Shown: positions 9,880-19,975, counted from the stretch's first letter. The stretch: 52,937 nucleotides of DNA from Planctomycetota bacterium (GCA_016873195.1 VGXW01000003.1:1-52937); one strand, 5' to 3'. Program-made: numbers and translations. The notes: a model not told the origin generated them from the letters alone.

Positions 9880-11211
9880 TCAGTACGGCGAGTCCGGCAG
9901 CCGGATCGGCGCGTGCCGGCCCCGCAGCCAGTCGTCGAGATCGAACAGCCAGGTGCCGATGCCGGCGGCGCCCTGCATGTAGCCGGTCTGGGTCGCGACT
10001 TCCGCGGGACTCACGCGGTTCTCGGCGTGGCGCCAGCACAGGCCGCCGGCATCGTGCTCGGCGCGCGCCAGCAGCACGTCGGTCGCCCGCAGCGCGAAGT
10101 CCAGGTAGCACCGTTCCCCGGTCAGGCGATGCACCTCGAACGCGAACGCGGCGACGCCGGCCGTGCCGCAGCACAGACTCTCGTTGTTCCAGAAGCCGGG
10201 CGAACGGTGCTCGGGGCAGCCGCTCGCGAGCAGCGCGGCGGCGATCTGGCCCACGCGTTCGCGCCAGGCTCGGTCGCCCGTGACCAACCAGAGCCGGTGG
10301 TAGAGCGCCGCGATCCCGGCCGGACCGTGGCACCAGCCGAGGTAGAACAGTTGCTCGCCGCCCGGCAGGTGGTGCGGCAGGAAGCCGGTCGCCGGTTCGG
10401 CCCTGGCGACGACCTCGGCGGCGCCCGCCAGCGCGGCCGCGCGGAACTCGGCGCGGCCGGTGCGCTCGGCGAGCTCGAGCAGGAAGCGGGCGACCCCGGC
10501 CGTGCCGTGCGAGAAGTTCGGTTGGTAGGTCGGGTAGCCGCGGCGGCGTTCCCAGCCGAGGCCCGCGGCGGTCGGCAAGGCGGTCGCGAGCAGGCGCCGG
10601 CCGGCGGCCTCGGCGAGCGGCAGCGCGCGATCGTCGGCGAGGTGCTCGGCGGCGTAGAGCAGGAACAGGCCGATGCCGGCGGCGCCGCGGATCACGTCGT
10701 CGCTGTCGTTCCACTCGACGCCGTCGCCGACCGGCCGCGCCGTCGCCGCGAGCGCGGTCACACAGCGGCGCGCCGCCGCTCCGTAGGCCGCTTCGCCCGT
10801 GGCGAGCTGCGCGCGATGCAGCACGAAGCCGATCCCGGCCATCCCCGAGTAGAGCCCGACCTCGTCCTCGCCCGGCGCGGCTCTCAGCATGGCGACCAGC
10901 GCGTCCGCGCCGCTGCGGGCCCGCGCGAGGAAACGCGCTTCGCCGGTGCTCGCGTGTGCGCGCAGGAAGAACAGCAAGGTGCCGGCGGTGCCGCTGTAGA
11001 GGTTCGTGCTCACCTCGTCCGGGTGGTCCGGCTGCACGGGCCAGACCGTGCCGTCGGCCGTGGTCCGGGCGTTCGCCTCGAGCCAGGTCGCGACCGCGAG
11101 CGCGGCGCGGCGGTAGCGCCCGTCCGCGGCCGGCTCCGGTGCGTGGGCGACCGCACAGGCGCAGAGGGCCGCGAGAGCGCAGCGCGCGATCCGGAGCGGC
11201 GACTGGAGCAT
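9880..11211 (-). CDS. LanC-like (lanthionine synthetase C family) protein with a signal/lipoprotein leader
   Basis: Repeated GxxG barrel motifs: LYSGTAG, LYSGMAG, FSHGTAG, WCHGPAG, LCCGTAG, YMQGAAG. Confidence 0.88.
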   Translation of the reverse strand: MLQSPLRIARCALAALCACAVAHAPEPAADGRYRRAALAVATWLEANARTTADGTVWPVQPDHPDEVSTNLYSGTAGTLLFFLRAHASTGEARFLARARSGADALVAMLRAAPGEDEVGLYSGMAGIGFVLHRAQLATGEAAYGAAARRCVTALAATARPVGDGVEWNDSDDVIRGAAGIGLFLLYAAEHLADDRALPLAEAAGRRLLATALPTAAGLGWERRRGYPTYQPNFSHGTAGVARFLLELAERTGRAEFRAAALAGAAEVVARAEPATGFLPHHLPGGEQLFYLGWCHGPAGIAALYHRLWLVTGDRAWRERVGQIAAALLASGCPEHRSPGFWNNESLCCGTAGVAAFAFEVHRLTGERCYLDFALRATDVLLARAEHDAGGLCWRHAENRVSPAEVATQTGYMQGAAGIGTWLFDLDDWLRGRHAPIRLPDSPY

Positions 11212-11323
11212 GTTCCTCGGCAGTCAGTATCGCGGGCGGCCGGCCGCGCCACCACGCCGGAGTCGCTGCGGGCTGCCCCGGCAGGGGCTTGCGTGGTCCT
11301 GCCCTCGCGGTAGGGTCGGTCTC

Positions 11324-11896
11324 GTGACCGGGCGCAAGCACGCCGACTACCCCGAGCCTGCCTACCTTGCCGACGAAGTCCGCTCGCCGGCGCGGCGCGA
11401 GTACGTCGGCGGGTTCGCCTACGCGATGGCCGGCGCGTCGAACGCGCACAACCAGATCGCGACGAACGTGCTCGTGGCGCTCGGGCTGCAACTGCGCGGC
11501 CGGCCCTGCCGTCCCTTCAACTCGGACACCAAGGTGCGGGTCCGCCTGCCGTTCCAGGTGCGCTTCTACTACCCGGACGCGATGGTGACCTGCCGGCCCA
11601 ATCCGCCCGGAGACACGTTCCAGGACGAGCCGGTCGTGCTCGTCGAAGTCGTGTCGCCCGAGTCGCGCCGCATCGACGAGGGGGAGAAGTTGCTCGCCTA
11701 CACCGCGATCCCGTCGCTCGCGGTCTACCTGCTCGTCGACCAGTTCGCGGCCGGGGTCGTGGCCTTGCGGCGGACGTCCGGCGGGTTCGTGCGCGAGGTG
11801 CACGAGGGGCTCGACGCCAGGGTGCCGCTGCCCGAGATCGGCTGCGAACTGCCGCTCGGCGAGGTCTACGAGGGCGTTGCCCTGGGCTCGGGCTGA
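11324..11896 (+). CDS. Uma2 family (PD-(D/E)xK) endonuclease-like protein
   Basis: RREYVGGFAYAMAGASNAHNQIATN, YYPDAMVTC, VEVVSPES, EKLLAYTAIPSL. GTG start inferred. Confidence 0.88.
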   Translation: MTGRKHADYPEPAYLADEVRSPARREYVGGFAYAMAGASNAHNQIATNVLVALGLQLRGRPCRPFNSDTKVRVRLPFQVRFYYPDAMVTCRPNPPGDTFQDEPVVLVEVVSPESRRIDEGEKLLAYTAIPSLAVYLLVDQFAAGVVALRRTSGGFVREVHEGLDARVPLPEIGCELPLGEVYEGVALGSG

Positions 11897-11906
11897 CGCG
11901 TGCGGT

Positions 11907-12122
11907 TCAGGTGTCGCCGCGGGCTTCGATGGCCCGCAGGGCTTCGTCCAGGGTGAGTCCAGCGAACAGGCGCTTGCGCTCCTCGACGTAGTCGGAGCGG
12001 CCGGGGTCGTATTGGCTGAGGAACCGCATGGCTCCGGAGACGCCGAGGCGCTCGGTGAGCGCCAGCCAGCCTTCGCGGCGGACGTCGTAGTCGGACAGGT
12101 GCGCTGAGGTTGGTTCGGTCAT
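11907..12122 (-). CDS. Small hypothetical protein resembling putative antitoxin partners of PIN toxins
   Basis: MTEPTSAHLSDYDVRREGWLALTERLGVSGAMRFLSQYDPGRSDYVEERKRLF; pattern G..AL...LG..GA.RF......G.GDY..ER. Confidence 0.6.
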   Translation of the reverse strand: MTEPTSAHLSDYDVRREGWLALTERLGVSGAMRFLSQYDPGRSDYVEERKRLFAGLTLDEALRAIEARGDT

Positions 12123-12355
12123 GTCCGTTCCCTGGGCCGGCGGCTGCACAGGTCGAGGTAGATCCGATCGAAGCAGGGCGGAGCATACCGCTGCCGCGAC
12201 ATCTGCGTCCCCGCAGCAGCACCGGCCCCTGCCATCGCCGTGCGCGCGGTCGGGTGACTCCGTACCTCCGCTGCGGTGACACCGCACCCCGCTCCCGGAA
12301 CGTGCGGCCGGTTTCTGCTACAACCTCGCCCCCCGTCTTCCCGCCGTTCCCGCGC

Positions 12356-12904
12356 ATGCCATCCACTGCCACGAACGGGGCCGCCCCGGCCAGCCCCGCG
12401 ACCCCGACCCAGTTCGCGATCGTCGACGCGTCGATCGCGCGCCTCGGCGACCTGCCGGGCGCCCTGCTGCCGATCCTGCACGACGTGCAGGACCAGCTCG
12501 GCTTCGTGCCCGAAGCCGCCGACGCCCGCATCGCCGCCGCGCTGAACCTGTCGCTGGCCGAGGTGCACGGCGTCGTCACCTTCTACCACGACTTCCGGCG
12601 CGCACCGCCCGGCGACCACGTGCTGCGGATCTGCCGCGCCGAAGCCTGCCAGGCCGTCGGCGGCGAACGGCTCGAGCAGCACCTCGCGGCCCACGGTCTC
12701 GGTGCCGGCGCGACCTCGGCCGACGGCAGGCTCACGGTCGAGGCCGTCTACTGCCTCGGCAACTGCGCGCTCGGCCCGTCGGTGCAGTTCGACGGCGAAC
12801 TGCACGGCCGCGTCGACGAACGGCGGCTCGATCAGCTGCTCGGCGCGGCCGGGATCCTGCCCCGGGGCGGCTGCGGCTGCGGCCGGCAGGGGGGCTGCCG
12901 GTGA
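12356..12904 (+). CDS. fdsG: NAD-dependent formate dehydrogenase gamma subunit (NuoE-like, 2Fe-2S)
   Basis: GALLPILHDVQ, NLSLAEVHGVVTFYHDF, CRAEACQ, CLGNCALGP. Confidence 0.92.
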   Translation: MPSTATNGAAPASPATPTQFAIVDASIARLGDLPGALLPILHDVQDQLGFVPEAADARIAAALNLSLAEVHGVVTFYHDFRRAPPGDHVLRICRAEACQAVGGERLEQHLAAHGLGAGATSADGRLTVEAVYCLGNCALGPSVQFDGELHGRVDERRLDQLLGAAGILPRGGCGCGRQGGCR

Positions 12905-14436
12905 CCGCGACGGTCTACGTGCCGCGCGACAGTGCCGCGGTCTCGGTGGGGGCGCACGCCGTGGCCGCGGCGATCGCGGCGGCGGCCGCCGGCCGCGGGG
13001 AACGGGTGCGCCTGGTGCGCAACGGCTCGCGCGGGCTCCTGTGGCTCGAACCGCTCATCGAGGTCGCGACCGCCTCCGGCCGCATCGCCTACGGCCCCGT
13101 GCAGGCTCACGACGTCGAGGGGCTGTTCGCCGCGGACGTCCTGCGCGGCGGCGCGCACCCGCTGCGGCTCGGCCCGACCGCGGAGATCGGCTGGCTCGCG
13201 CGGCAGCAGCGGCTGTCGTTCGCGCGCACGGGCGTGGTGGATCCGCTGTCGGCCGACGACTACGAGGCGCACGGGGGACTCGTGGCGCTGCGCGCGGCGC
13301 TGGCGATGGCAGGAGACGCGCTCGTCGAGCAGGTCGCTTCGTCGGGCCTGCGCGGGCGCGGCGGTGCTGGCTTCCCGGCCGGCATCAAGTGGCGCACCGT
13401 GCGGCAGGCGCAGGCCGACCAGAAGTACGTCGCGTGCAACGCGGACGAGGGCGACTCGGGCACCTTCAGCGACCGCATGCTGCTCGAGGGCGACCCGTTC
13501 ACCTTGCTCGAGGGCATGGCGATCGCGGGCCTCGCGGTGGGGGCCACCGTGGGCTACGTCTACCTGCGCTCGGAGTACCCCGACGCGAGAGCCGTGCTGC
13601 GCGCGGCGATCGAGACCGCGCGCGCGCGCGGCTGGCTCGGCGACTCGGTGCTCGGCAGTTCCCGCGCGTTCGACGTGCACCTGCGGATCGGGGCCGGCGC
13701 CTACATCTGCGGCGAGGAGACCGCGATGCTCGAGAGCCTCGAGGGCAAACGCGGCATCGTGCGCGCCAAACCGCCGCTGCCGGCGATCGCGGGGCTGTGG
13801 GGCAAGCCGACGCTCGTGCACAACGTGATGACGCTCGCGGCGGTGCCGTGGATCGTGCAGCACGGCGGCGCTGCCTACGCGGCGATCGGGTCCGGGCGCA
13901 GCAGGGGCACGCTGCCGGTCCAGCTCGCGGGCAACGTCGCGCGCGGCGGCCTCGTCGAGGTGCCGTTCGGCACCACGCTGCGCGAACTGCTCGTCGACTA
14001 CGGCGGCGGCACACGCTCGGGCCGGCCGATCCGCGCCGTGCAGGTCGGCGGGCCGCTCGGCGCCTACGTGCCGAGCAGCGCGTTCGACCTGCCGCTCGAC
14101 TACGAAGCGTTCGCGGCGGCGGGTTTCCTGGTCGGCCACGGCGGCGTCGTGGTGTTCGACGACACGGTCGACCTGGGCCGCATGGCGCGCTTCGCGATGG
14201 CGTTCTGCGCCGCCGAGTCGTGCGGCAAGTGCACGCCGTGCCGCATCGGCAGCACGCGCGGCGTCGAGGTGCTCGACAAGATCCTGGCCGGCGAGCAGCG
14301 CGAAGCGAACACGGCGCTGTTGCGCGACCTGTGCGACACGATGACCCACGGCTCGCTGTGCGCGATGGGCGGGCTGCTGCCGATGCCGGTGCTGAGCGCG
14401 CTCGACCACTTCCCCGAGGACTTCGGCAAGGGCTGA
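12901..14436 (+). CDS. fdsB: NAD-dependent formate dehydrogenase beta subunit (NuoF-like, FMN/4Fe-4S)
   Basis: GLRGRGGAGFP, NADEGDSGTF, GAGAYICGEET, ESCGKCTPCRIG, SLCAMG. Confidence 0.94.
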   Translation: MTATVYVPRDSAAVSVGAHAVAAAIAAAAAGRGERVRLVRNGSRGLLWLEPLIEVATASGRIAYGPVQAHDVEGLFAADVLRGGAHPLRLGPTAEIGWLARQQRLSFARTGVVDPLSADDYEAHGGLVALRAALAMAGDALVEQVASSGLRGRGGAGFPAGIKWRTVRQAQADQKYVACNADEGDSGTFSDRMLLEGDPFTLLEGMAIAGLAVGATVGYVYLRSEYPDARAVLRAAIETARARGWLGDSVLGSSRAFDVHLRIGAGAYICGEETAMLESLEGKRGIVRAKPPLPAIAGLWGKPTLVHNVMTLAAVPWIVQHGGAAYAAIGSGRSRGTLPVQLAGNVARGGLVEVPFGTTLRELLVDYGGGTRSGRPIRAVQVGGPLGAYVPSSAFDLPLDYEAFAAAGFLVGHGGVVVFDDTVDLGRMARFAMAFCAAESCGKCTPCRIGSTRGVEVLDKILAGEQREANTALLRDLCDTMTHGSLCAMGGLLPMPVLSALDHFPEDFGKG

Positions 14437-14440
14437 CCCG

Positions 14441-17281
14441 ATGTACAGCAACAAGATCACCGACCACGGCACGCCGGCGCGGCCGTCGACGCAGCAGGTG
14501 ACGCTGCAGATCGACGGCCTCGCCGTCACGGTGCCCGCGGGCACCTCGGTGCTGCGCGCGGCGGCCGAGGCCGGCATCCGCATCCCGAAGCTCTGCGCGA
14601 CCGAGAGCCTGGAGGCGTTCGGCAGCTGCCGCCTCTGCCTCGTCGAGATCGAGGGCAGGAAGGGCTACCCGGCGTCGTGCACGACGCCGTGCGAGCAGGG
14701 CATGCAGGTGCGCACGCAGACGCCGAAGCTCGCATCCCTGCGGCGCAACACGATGGAGCTCTACATCAGCGACCATCCGCTCGACTGCCTCACGTGCCCC
14801 GCGAACGGCAACTGCGAACTGCAGGACATGGCCGGTGCGGTCGGCCTGCGCGAGGTGCGCTACGGCTTCGCCGGCAAGAACCACCTCGCCGAGCCGGCCG
14901 ACGCGAGCAACCCCTACTTCAGCTACGACCCGAGCAAGTGCATCGTCTGCTCGCGCTGCGTGCGGGCCTGCGACGAGGTGCAGGGCACGTTCGCGCTGAC
15001 CGTCGCGGGCCGCGGCTTCCAGAGCCGCATCGCGCCGGGTCCGACGGACTTCCTGCACAGCGAGTGCGTGTCGTGCGGGGCCTGCGTGAAGGCCTGCCCG
15101 ACCGCGACGCTGATGGAGAAGACGGTCGCTGCCCACGGCCAGCCCGACCGCGCGGTGGTGACGACCTGCGCCTACTGCGGGGTGGGCTGCAGCTTCCGCG
15201 CCGAGGTCAAGGGGTCGCAGGTCGTGCGCATGGTGCCGCACCACGACGGCAAGGCGAACCACGGCCATTCCTGCGTCAAGGGGCGCTTTGCGTGGGGCTA
15301 CGCGACGCATCCGGATCGGCTGCAGAAGCCGCGGATCCGGCAGCGGATCACCGACCCGTGGCGCGAGGTGTCGTGGGAGCAGGCGATCGCCTACGCGGCG
15401 GGCGAACTGCGGCGCATCCAGCAACAGCACGGCCGCGGCGCCGTCGGCGCGATCACGAGCTCGCGCTGCACCAACGAGGAGACCTACCTGGTGCAGAAGC
15501 TCGTGCGCGGGGCGTTCGGCAACAACAACGTCGACACCTGCGCGCGCGTCTGCCACTCGCCGACCGGCTACGGGCTGCGGCAGACGCTCGGCGAGTCGGC
15601 CGGCACGCAGGACTTCGACAGCGTGGCGCACACCGACTGCGTCATCGTGATCGGCGCCAACCCGACCGCGGGCCACCCGGTGTTCGCCGCGCGGCTCAAG
15701 CAGCGGCTGCGGCAGGGCGCGCACCTGATCGTGATCGACCCGCGCCGCATCGAACTCGTGCGCACGCCGCACGTCGCGGCCGACTTCCACCTGCAGCTCA
15801 GGCCGGGCACCAACGTCGCCGTGCTCGATGCACTGGCGCACACGATCGTCACCGAGGGCCTGCAGCGCGAGGACTACGTGCGCGCGCGCTGCGACGTCGC
15901 GGAGTACGAGAAGTGGCTCGCGTTCATCCGGCAGCCGCGCAACTCGCCCGAGGCCCTGCAGGCGGTGACCGGCGTGCCGGCCGAACTCGTGCGCGGGGCC
16001 GCGCGGCTGTTCGCCGGGGTGAGGAACGGCGCCATCTACTACGGCCTCGGCGTCACCGAACACAGCCAGGGCAGCACGACGGTGATGGCGATCGCCAACC
16101 TCGCGATGCTGACCGGCAACCTGGGCCGGCCCGGCGTCGGCGTGAACCCGCTGCGCGGCCAGAACAACGTGCAGGGTTCCTGCGACATGGGCTCGTTCCC
16201 GCACGAGTTCCCTGGCTACCGCCACGTCTCCGACCCCGCGGTGCGCGGGCTGTTCGAGCGCCACTGGGGTGTTCGCCTCGACCACGAACCGGGCCTGCGG
16301 CTGCCGAACATGTTCGACGCCGCGCTCGGCGGCTCGTTCAAGGGGCTCTACGTGCAGGGCGAGGACGTGGTGCAGTCCGATCCGGACACGCAGCACGTGC
16401 AGCAGGCGATGGAGTCGCTCGAGTGCCTGATCGTGCAGGACCTTTTCATGAACGAGACCGCGAAGTACGCGCACGTCGTGCTGCCGGGCAGCTCGTTCCT
16501 CGAGAAGGACGGCACGTTCACCAACGCCGAACGGCGCATCAGCCGCGTGACGCGGGTGATGCCGCCGCTCGCGGGCAAGGCGGACTGGGAGGTCACGGTG
16601 GCGCTGGCGAAGGCGCTCGGCTACCCGATGGACTACCAGCACCCCGAGCAGATCATGGCGGAGATCGCGCTGCTGACGCCGACGTTCCGCGGCGTCACCT
16701 ACGAGAAGCTCGAGCGGCTCGGCAGCGTGCAGTGGCCGTGCAACGAAGAGGCGCCCGACGGCACGCCGGTCCTGCACGAGCGGCAGTTCGTGCGCGGCAA
16801 GGGGCGGTTCGTGGTCACCGAGTACGTGCCGACGGACGCGCACACGAACGCGTCCTACCCGCTGATCCTGACGACCGGCCGCATCCTGTCGCAGTACAAC
16901 GTCGGCACGCAGACGCGCCGCACGGCGAACAACGTCTGGTACGCGGAGGACCTGCTCGAGATCCACCCGGCCGACGCCGAGCCGCGCGGCGTGCGCGACG
17001 GCGAGTTCGTGGTGCTGAAGAGCCGGAAGGGCGAGACGACGCTGCGCGCGGTCGTCACCGAGCGCATCCAGCCCGGGGTCGTCTACACGACGTTCCACCA
17101 CCCGGAGTCGGGCGCGAACGTGGTGATCACCGAGAACTCGGACTGGGCGACGAACTGCCCGGAGTACAAGGTGACGGCGGTCGAGGTCACGAAGGCGGCC
17201 GCGCCGGCCTCGTCCTGGCAGCAGCGCTTCGGCGAGTTCGGCAAGGCGCAGGAGTCGCTGCGGCCCGGGAGTGAGGGATGA
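14441..17281 (+). CDS. fdsA: NAD-dependent formate dehydrogenase alpha subunit (Mo-bis-PGD, Cys ligand)
   Basis: Multiple Fe-S motifs (GSCRLC, CIVCSRC, CVSCGAC, CAYCGVGC), NNVDTCARVCH, PLRGQNNVQG, CPEYKVTAV. Confidence 0.95.
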   Translation: MYSNKITDHGTPARPSTQQVTLQIDGLAVTVPAGTSVLRAAAEAGIRIPKLCATESLEAFGSCRLCLVEIEGRKGYPASCTTPCEQGMQVRTQTPKLASLRRNTMELYISDHPLDCLTCPANGNCELQDMAGAVGLREVRYGFAGKNHLAEPADASNPYFSYDPSKCIVCSRCVRACDEVQGTFALTVAGRGFQSRIAPGPTDFLHSECVSCGACVKACPTATLMEKTVAAHGQPDRAVVTTCAYCGVGCSFRAEVKGSQVVRMVPHHDGKANHGHSCVKGRFAWGYATHPDRLQKPRIRQRITDPWREVSWEQAIAYAAGELRRIQQQHGRGAVGAITSSRCTNEETYLVQKLVRGAFGNNNVDTCARVCHSPTGYGLRQTLGESAGTQDFDSVAHTDCVIVIGANPTAGHPVFAARLKQRLRQGAHLIVIDPRRIELVRTPHVAADFHLQLRPGTNVAVLDALAHTIVTEGLQREDYVRARCDVAEYEKWLAFIRQPRNSPEALQAVTGVPAELVRGAARLFAGVRNGAIYYGLGVTEHSQGSTTVMAIANLAMLTGNLGRPGVGVNPLRGQNNVQGSCDMGSFPHEFPGYRHVSDPAVRGLFERHWGVRLDHEPGLRLPNMFDAALGGSFKGLYVQGEDVVQSDPDTQHVQQAMESLECLIVQDLFMNETAKYAHVVLPGSSFLEKDGTFTNAERRISRVTRVMPPLAGKADWEVTVALAKALGYPMDYQHPEQIMAEIALLTPTFRGVTYEKLERLGSVQWPCNEEAPDGTPVLHERQFVRGKGRFVVTEYVPTDAHTNASYPLILTTGRILSQYNVGTQTRRTANNVWYAEDLLEIHPADAEPRGVRDGEFVVLKSRKGETTLRAVVTERIQPGVVYTTFHHPESGANVVITENSDWATNCPEYKVTAVEVTKAAAPASSWQQRFGEFGKAQESLRPGSEG

Positions 17282-17514
17282 ACCGCAAGAAGCTCGTGAC
17301 GATGGCGAACCAGATCGCCGCGTTCTTCGCGGCGGAGCCGGACCACTCGGTGGCAGTCGCGGGCGTGGCGGGGCACCTGCAGCGCTACTGGGAGCCGCGC
17401 ATGCGGCGCGAGGTCTACGCGGTGCTCGACGGCGGCGGCGAGCACGGGCTGTCGCCGCTCGTGGTCGAGGCGCTGGTGGCGCACCGGGCGTCGCTGGAGC
17501 CGGCCCGGCCGTGA
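17278..17514 (+). CDS. fdsD: Formate dehydrogenase delta subunit
   Basis: KLVTMANQIAAFF...VAGHLQRYWEPRMR; ATGA overlap with fdsA. Confidence 0.92.
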   Translation: MNRKKLVTMANQIAAFFAAEPDHSVAVAGVAGHLQRYWEPRMRREVYAVLDGGGEHGLSPLVVEALVAHRASLEPARP

Positions 17515-17578
17515 TCTGGCTCGAGGTCGGATGCGCCGCGCGTCGGTCCACCGCAGCGCCACGTTATGCTCGCACCAC

Positions 17579-19975
17579 GTGCGCTCCGTCCTCCTCTGGT
17601 CGTGCCTTGCCGCCGCCGCAACGGCGCAGCAGTTCCTCGGCTACCCGGTGTTGCCCGACGGCTTCGTGCACGGCACCGCGGACGTCGACGCCGACGGCTT
17701 CCCCGACCTGCTCGCGGTGCGCAACAACTCGTTCGTCTGGCATCGCAACGACGGCCAGGTGCGGTTCGGCGCCGCGGCGACGCTGATCGCCAATCCCGAC
17801 ATCTATCTCGCGAGTGCTGCGGCCGACTTCGACGGCGATGCCATCGCTGACCTCGCCGTGGCGTGTGCTGCAGGGACAGCGATGGCGGTGCACATCGTGC
17901 ATCGGAGCGGCGGCGCGATCGCGGTCACGCCCGTCGCCACGATCGCCACCAGCCCGTACCCCGCAGCCGTCGTCGCACTCGATCTCGACGGCGACGGCGA
18001 TCGCGACCTGGTCATCACGACGCAGGGCCAGCCCGGCAACAACCTCTACGCGCTGCGCAACGACGGCGCGCTGTCGTTCACCGACGTGAGCAGTGTCTGG
18101 TTCGGCGGCCTGTCGCTTTCGCAGATGAGCGACGCCGACGCGGTGGACGTCGACCACGACGGGCGCCCGGACCTGCTGGTGTCCGCGTTCACATTGCGCC
18201 TGCTGCGCAACCAGGGTGCGACGTTCGCCGACGAGACGGCGACGCGCCTGCCCGCGAACCCGGCGCTGAATCCGGCCGTCGGCGATCTCGACGGCGACGG
18301 CGATGACGACCTGCTGGTGACGTACTTCTTCGGCGGCGTGGGCCTGCACTTGTGGCGCAACCAGAACGGCGTGTACGTGGACGACTCGGCGGCGTCGTTG
18401 CCGCCGGCACTGTGGACTGCGCCCGGCGCCGGCTTCCAGCAACTGCTCGACGCCGACCTCGACGGCGATCTCGATGCCGTGCTGTTCCTCGCCGCCGTAC
18501 CGGGGAACTACACGGTCGCACTGCTCGCCAACGACGGCGCCGGCCACCTGCTGCAGCAGACGACGCCCGACCTCGGCGGCAGCCTGCCGCACGGGGTGCT
18601 GCTGCCGCCCACCGACCTCGACGGCGACGGCGATCGCGACGTCGTCGCGACGGGCAACATGACCGGCGTGCCGTGGACCCTGCTCGGCGACGGCCATGGC
18701 TCGCTGCGCTTGCCGCTCGGCCACCTGCCGCTCGCCGCCAGCGTCTCGCTCGGTGTGCCGGTCGACATCGACGGCGACGGCGACCTGGATCTCGTCGGGC
18801 CGAACGGCGTGCTGCGGTTCTCGCCGGGGCCGCGGTGGACGCGCGTCGGTTCGTTCACCGCCGAGGTGACGAGCCCTCGCCAGTTCGGCGACGTCGACGG
18901 CGATGGCGACCTCGACGTCGTGACGGGGACCGTCGCGCTCAACGACGGGCAGGGCAACTTCACGGTCGCCGCGGGCTCGGGCTACAGCCCGCCACCGCCG
19001 GTGGTCACGGCACTCGTCGATGTCGACCTCGACGGGGACCTCGATATCGTCGCGTCGCAGGGCTGGTTTCCGAACGACACGCTGAAGCTGCACCAGAACC
19101 TCGGCAACGGCACGTTCGCACCGGGCACGGTGCTGATGACGTTCGGCCGCAACACGCTCGACGTAGGTGACTTCGACGGCAACGGCTGGCCCGACATCGC
19201 CTGCGGCGAAAGCTACTCGTACGTGCTGATGGGCACGGGTGGCGGCGCGTTCACGACCAGCAGTCTGTTCGGGCTCGGCGTGTTCGGGGGGCGGCTGCGC
19301 GCGCTGCAACTCGGTGGCGCGGGTCCGCCCGATCTGCTCGTCGACGGCTTCCCGGTGTTGCCGCTGCGCGTCCTGCGGTGGCAGGCCGGTGGGTTCGCGG
19401 ACGTGACGGCGAGCGTGCTGCCGCCGAACGTCGCGCCCGGCGCGCTCGCGATCGGCGACGTCGATGGCGACGGCGACATCGACCTCGTCGGGCGCGAACT
19501 GCTGCGCAACGACGGGACCGGCGCGCTCACCGTCGAGCCACTGCCGTTCGCGGCGCCACCCGGCGGCCTGCTGGCGGACATCGACGGCGATCGCGACGCC
19601 GAGCTGGTGCTGGCGCGCGACGTGCTGTGGAACGGCGAGCGCCACCTGACTCTGCCGCTCCAGGCGCGGATCGGCGCCGGCCTGCGCATCGAGCTGTCGG
19701 CGCTGCCCGGCCGCGCGCAGCCGGGCGACTTCGCGGTGCTCGGGCTCGGCCTGCAGCGCCTCGTGCCGCCGCTGCCGGGCCCGCTCGGGCAGCTGCATCT
19801 GGGCCGCCTCGACGCGACGATCGGCCTCGCGCTCGCTGCCAGCACCGGCAGGGCGGTGCCCGTGCTGCCGGTGCCGACCGTACCGGCGATCGTCGGTGTC
19901 GACGTACATCTGCAGGCGCTGTTCGGGCCGGCGATCCTGGCGCTGAGCAACAGCGTCACGACGCGCATCGAGTGA
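17579..19975 (+). CDS. Secreted FG-GAP/VCBS repeat protein with shared C-terminal domain
   Basis: More than a dozen D(L/V/I/F)DGDGD.DL repeats; signal peptide ...CLAAAATA-Q. GTG start at 17579 inferred (ORF opens at 17531). Confidence 0.9.
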   Translation: MRSVLLWSCLAAAATAQQFLGYPVLPDGFVHGTADVDADGFPDLLAVRNNSFVWHRNDGQVRFGAAATLIANPDIYLASAAADFDGDAIADLAVACAAGTAMAVHIVHRSGGAIAVTPVATIATSPYPAAVVALDLDGDGDRDLVITTQGQPGNNLYALRNDGALSFTDVSSVWFGGLSLSQMSDADAVDVDHDGRPDLLVSAFTLRLLRNQGATFADETATRLPANPALNPAVGDLDGDGDDDLLVTYFFGGVGLHLWRNQNGVYVDDSAASLPPALWTAPGAGFQQLLDADLDGDLDAVLFLAAVPGNYTVALLANDGAGHLLQQTTPDLGGSLPHGVLLPPTDLDGDGDRDVVATGNMTGVPWTLLGDGHGSLRLPLGHLPLAASVSLGVPVDIDGDGDLDLVGPNGVLRFSPGPRWTRVGSFTAEVTSPRQFGDVDGDGDLDVVTGTVALNDGQGNFTVAAGSGYSPPPPVVTALVDVDLDGDLDIVASQGWFPNDTLKLHQNLGNGTFAPGTVLMTFGRNTLDVGDFDGNGWPDIACGESYSYVLMGTGGGAFTTSSLFGLGVFGGRLRALQLGGAGPPDLLVDGFPVLPLRVLRWQAGGFADVTASVLPPNVAPGALAIGDVDGDGDIDLVGRELLRNDGTGALTVEPLPFAAPPGGLLADIDGDRDAELVLARDVLWNGERHLTLPLQARIGAGLRIELSALPGRAQPGDFAVLGLGLQRLVPPLPGPLGQLHLGRLDATIGLALAASTGRAVPVLPVPTVPAIVGVDVHLQALFGPAILALSNSVTTRIE

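Noticed and set aside
9880-11211. Lanthipeptide biosynthetic cluster
   Set aside because: No dehydratase, transporter or Ser/Thr/Cys-rich precursor is identifiable nearby.
14441-17281. Selenocysteine in FdsA
   Set aside because: The ORF is uninterrupted and the ligand codon is TGC (CARVCH).
17680-19610. Recurring GACCTCGACGGCGACGGCGA-like DNA repeats as a CRISPR or tandem array
   Set aside because: They are coding FG-GAP motifs with irregular spacing; no cas genes or regular repeat-spacer structure were seen.
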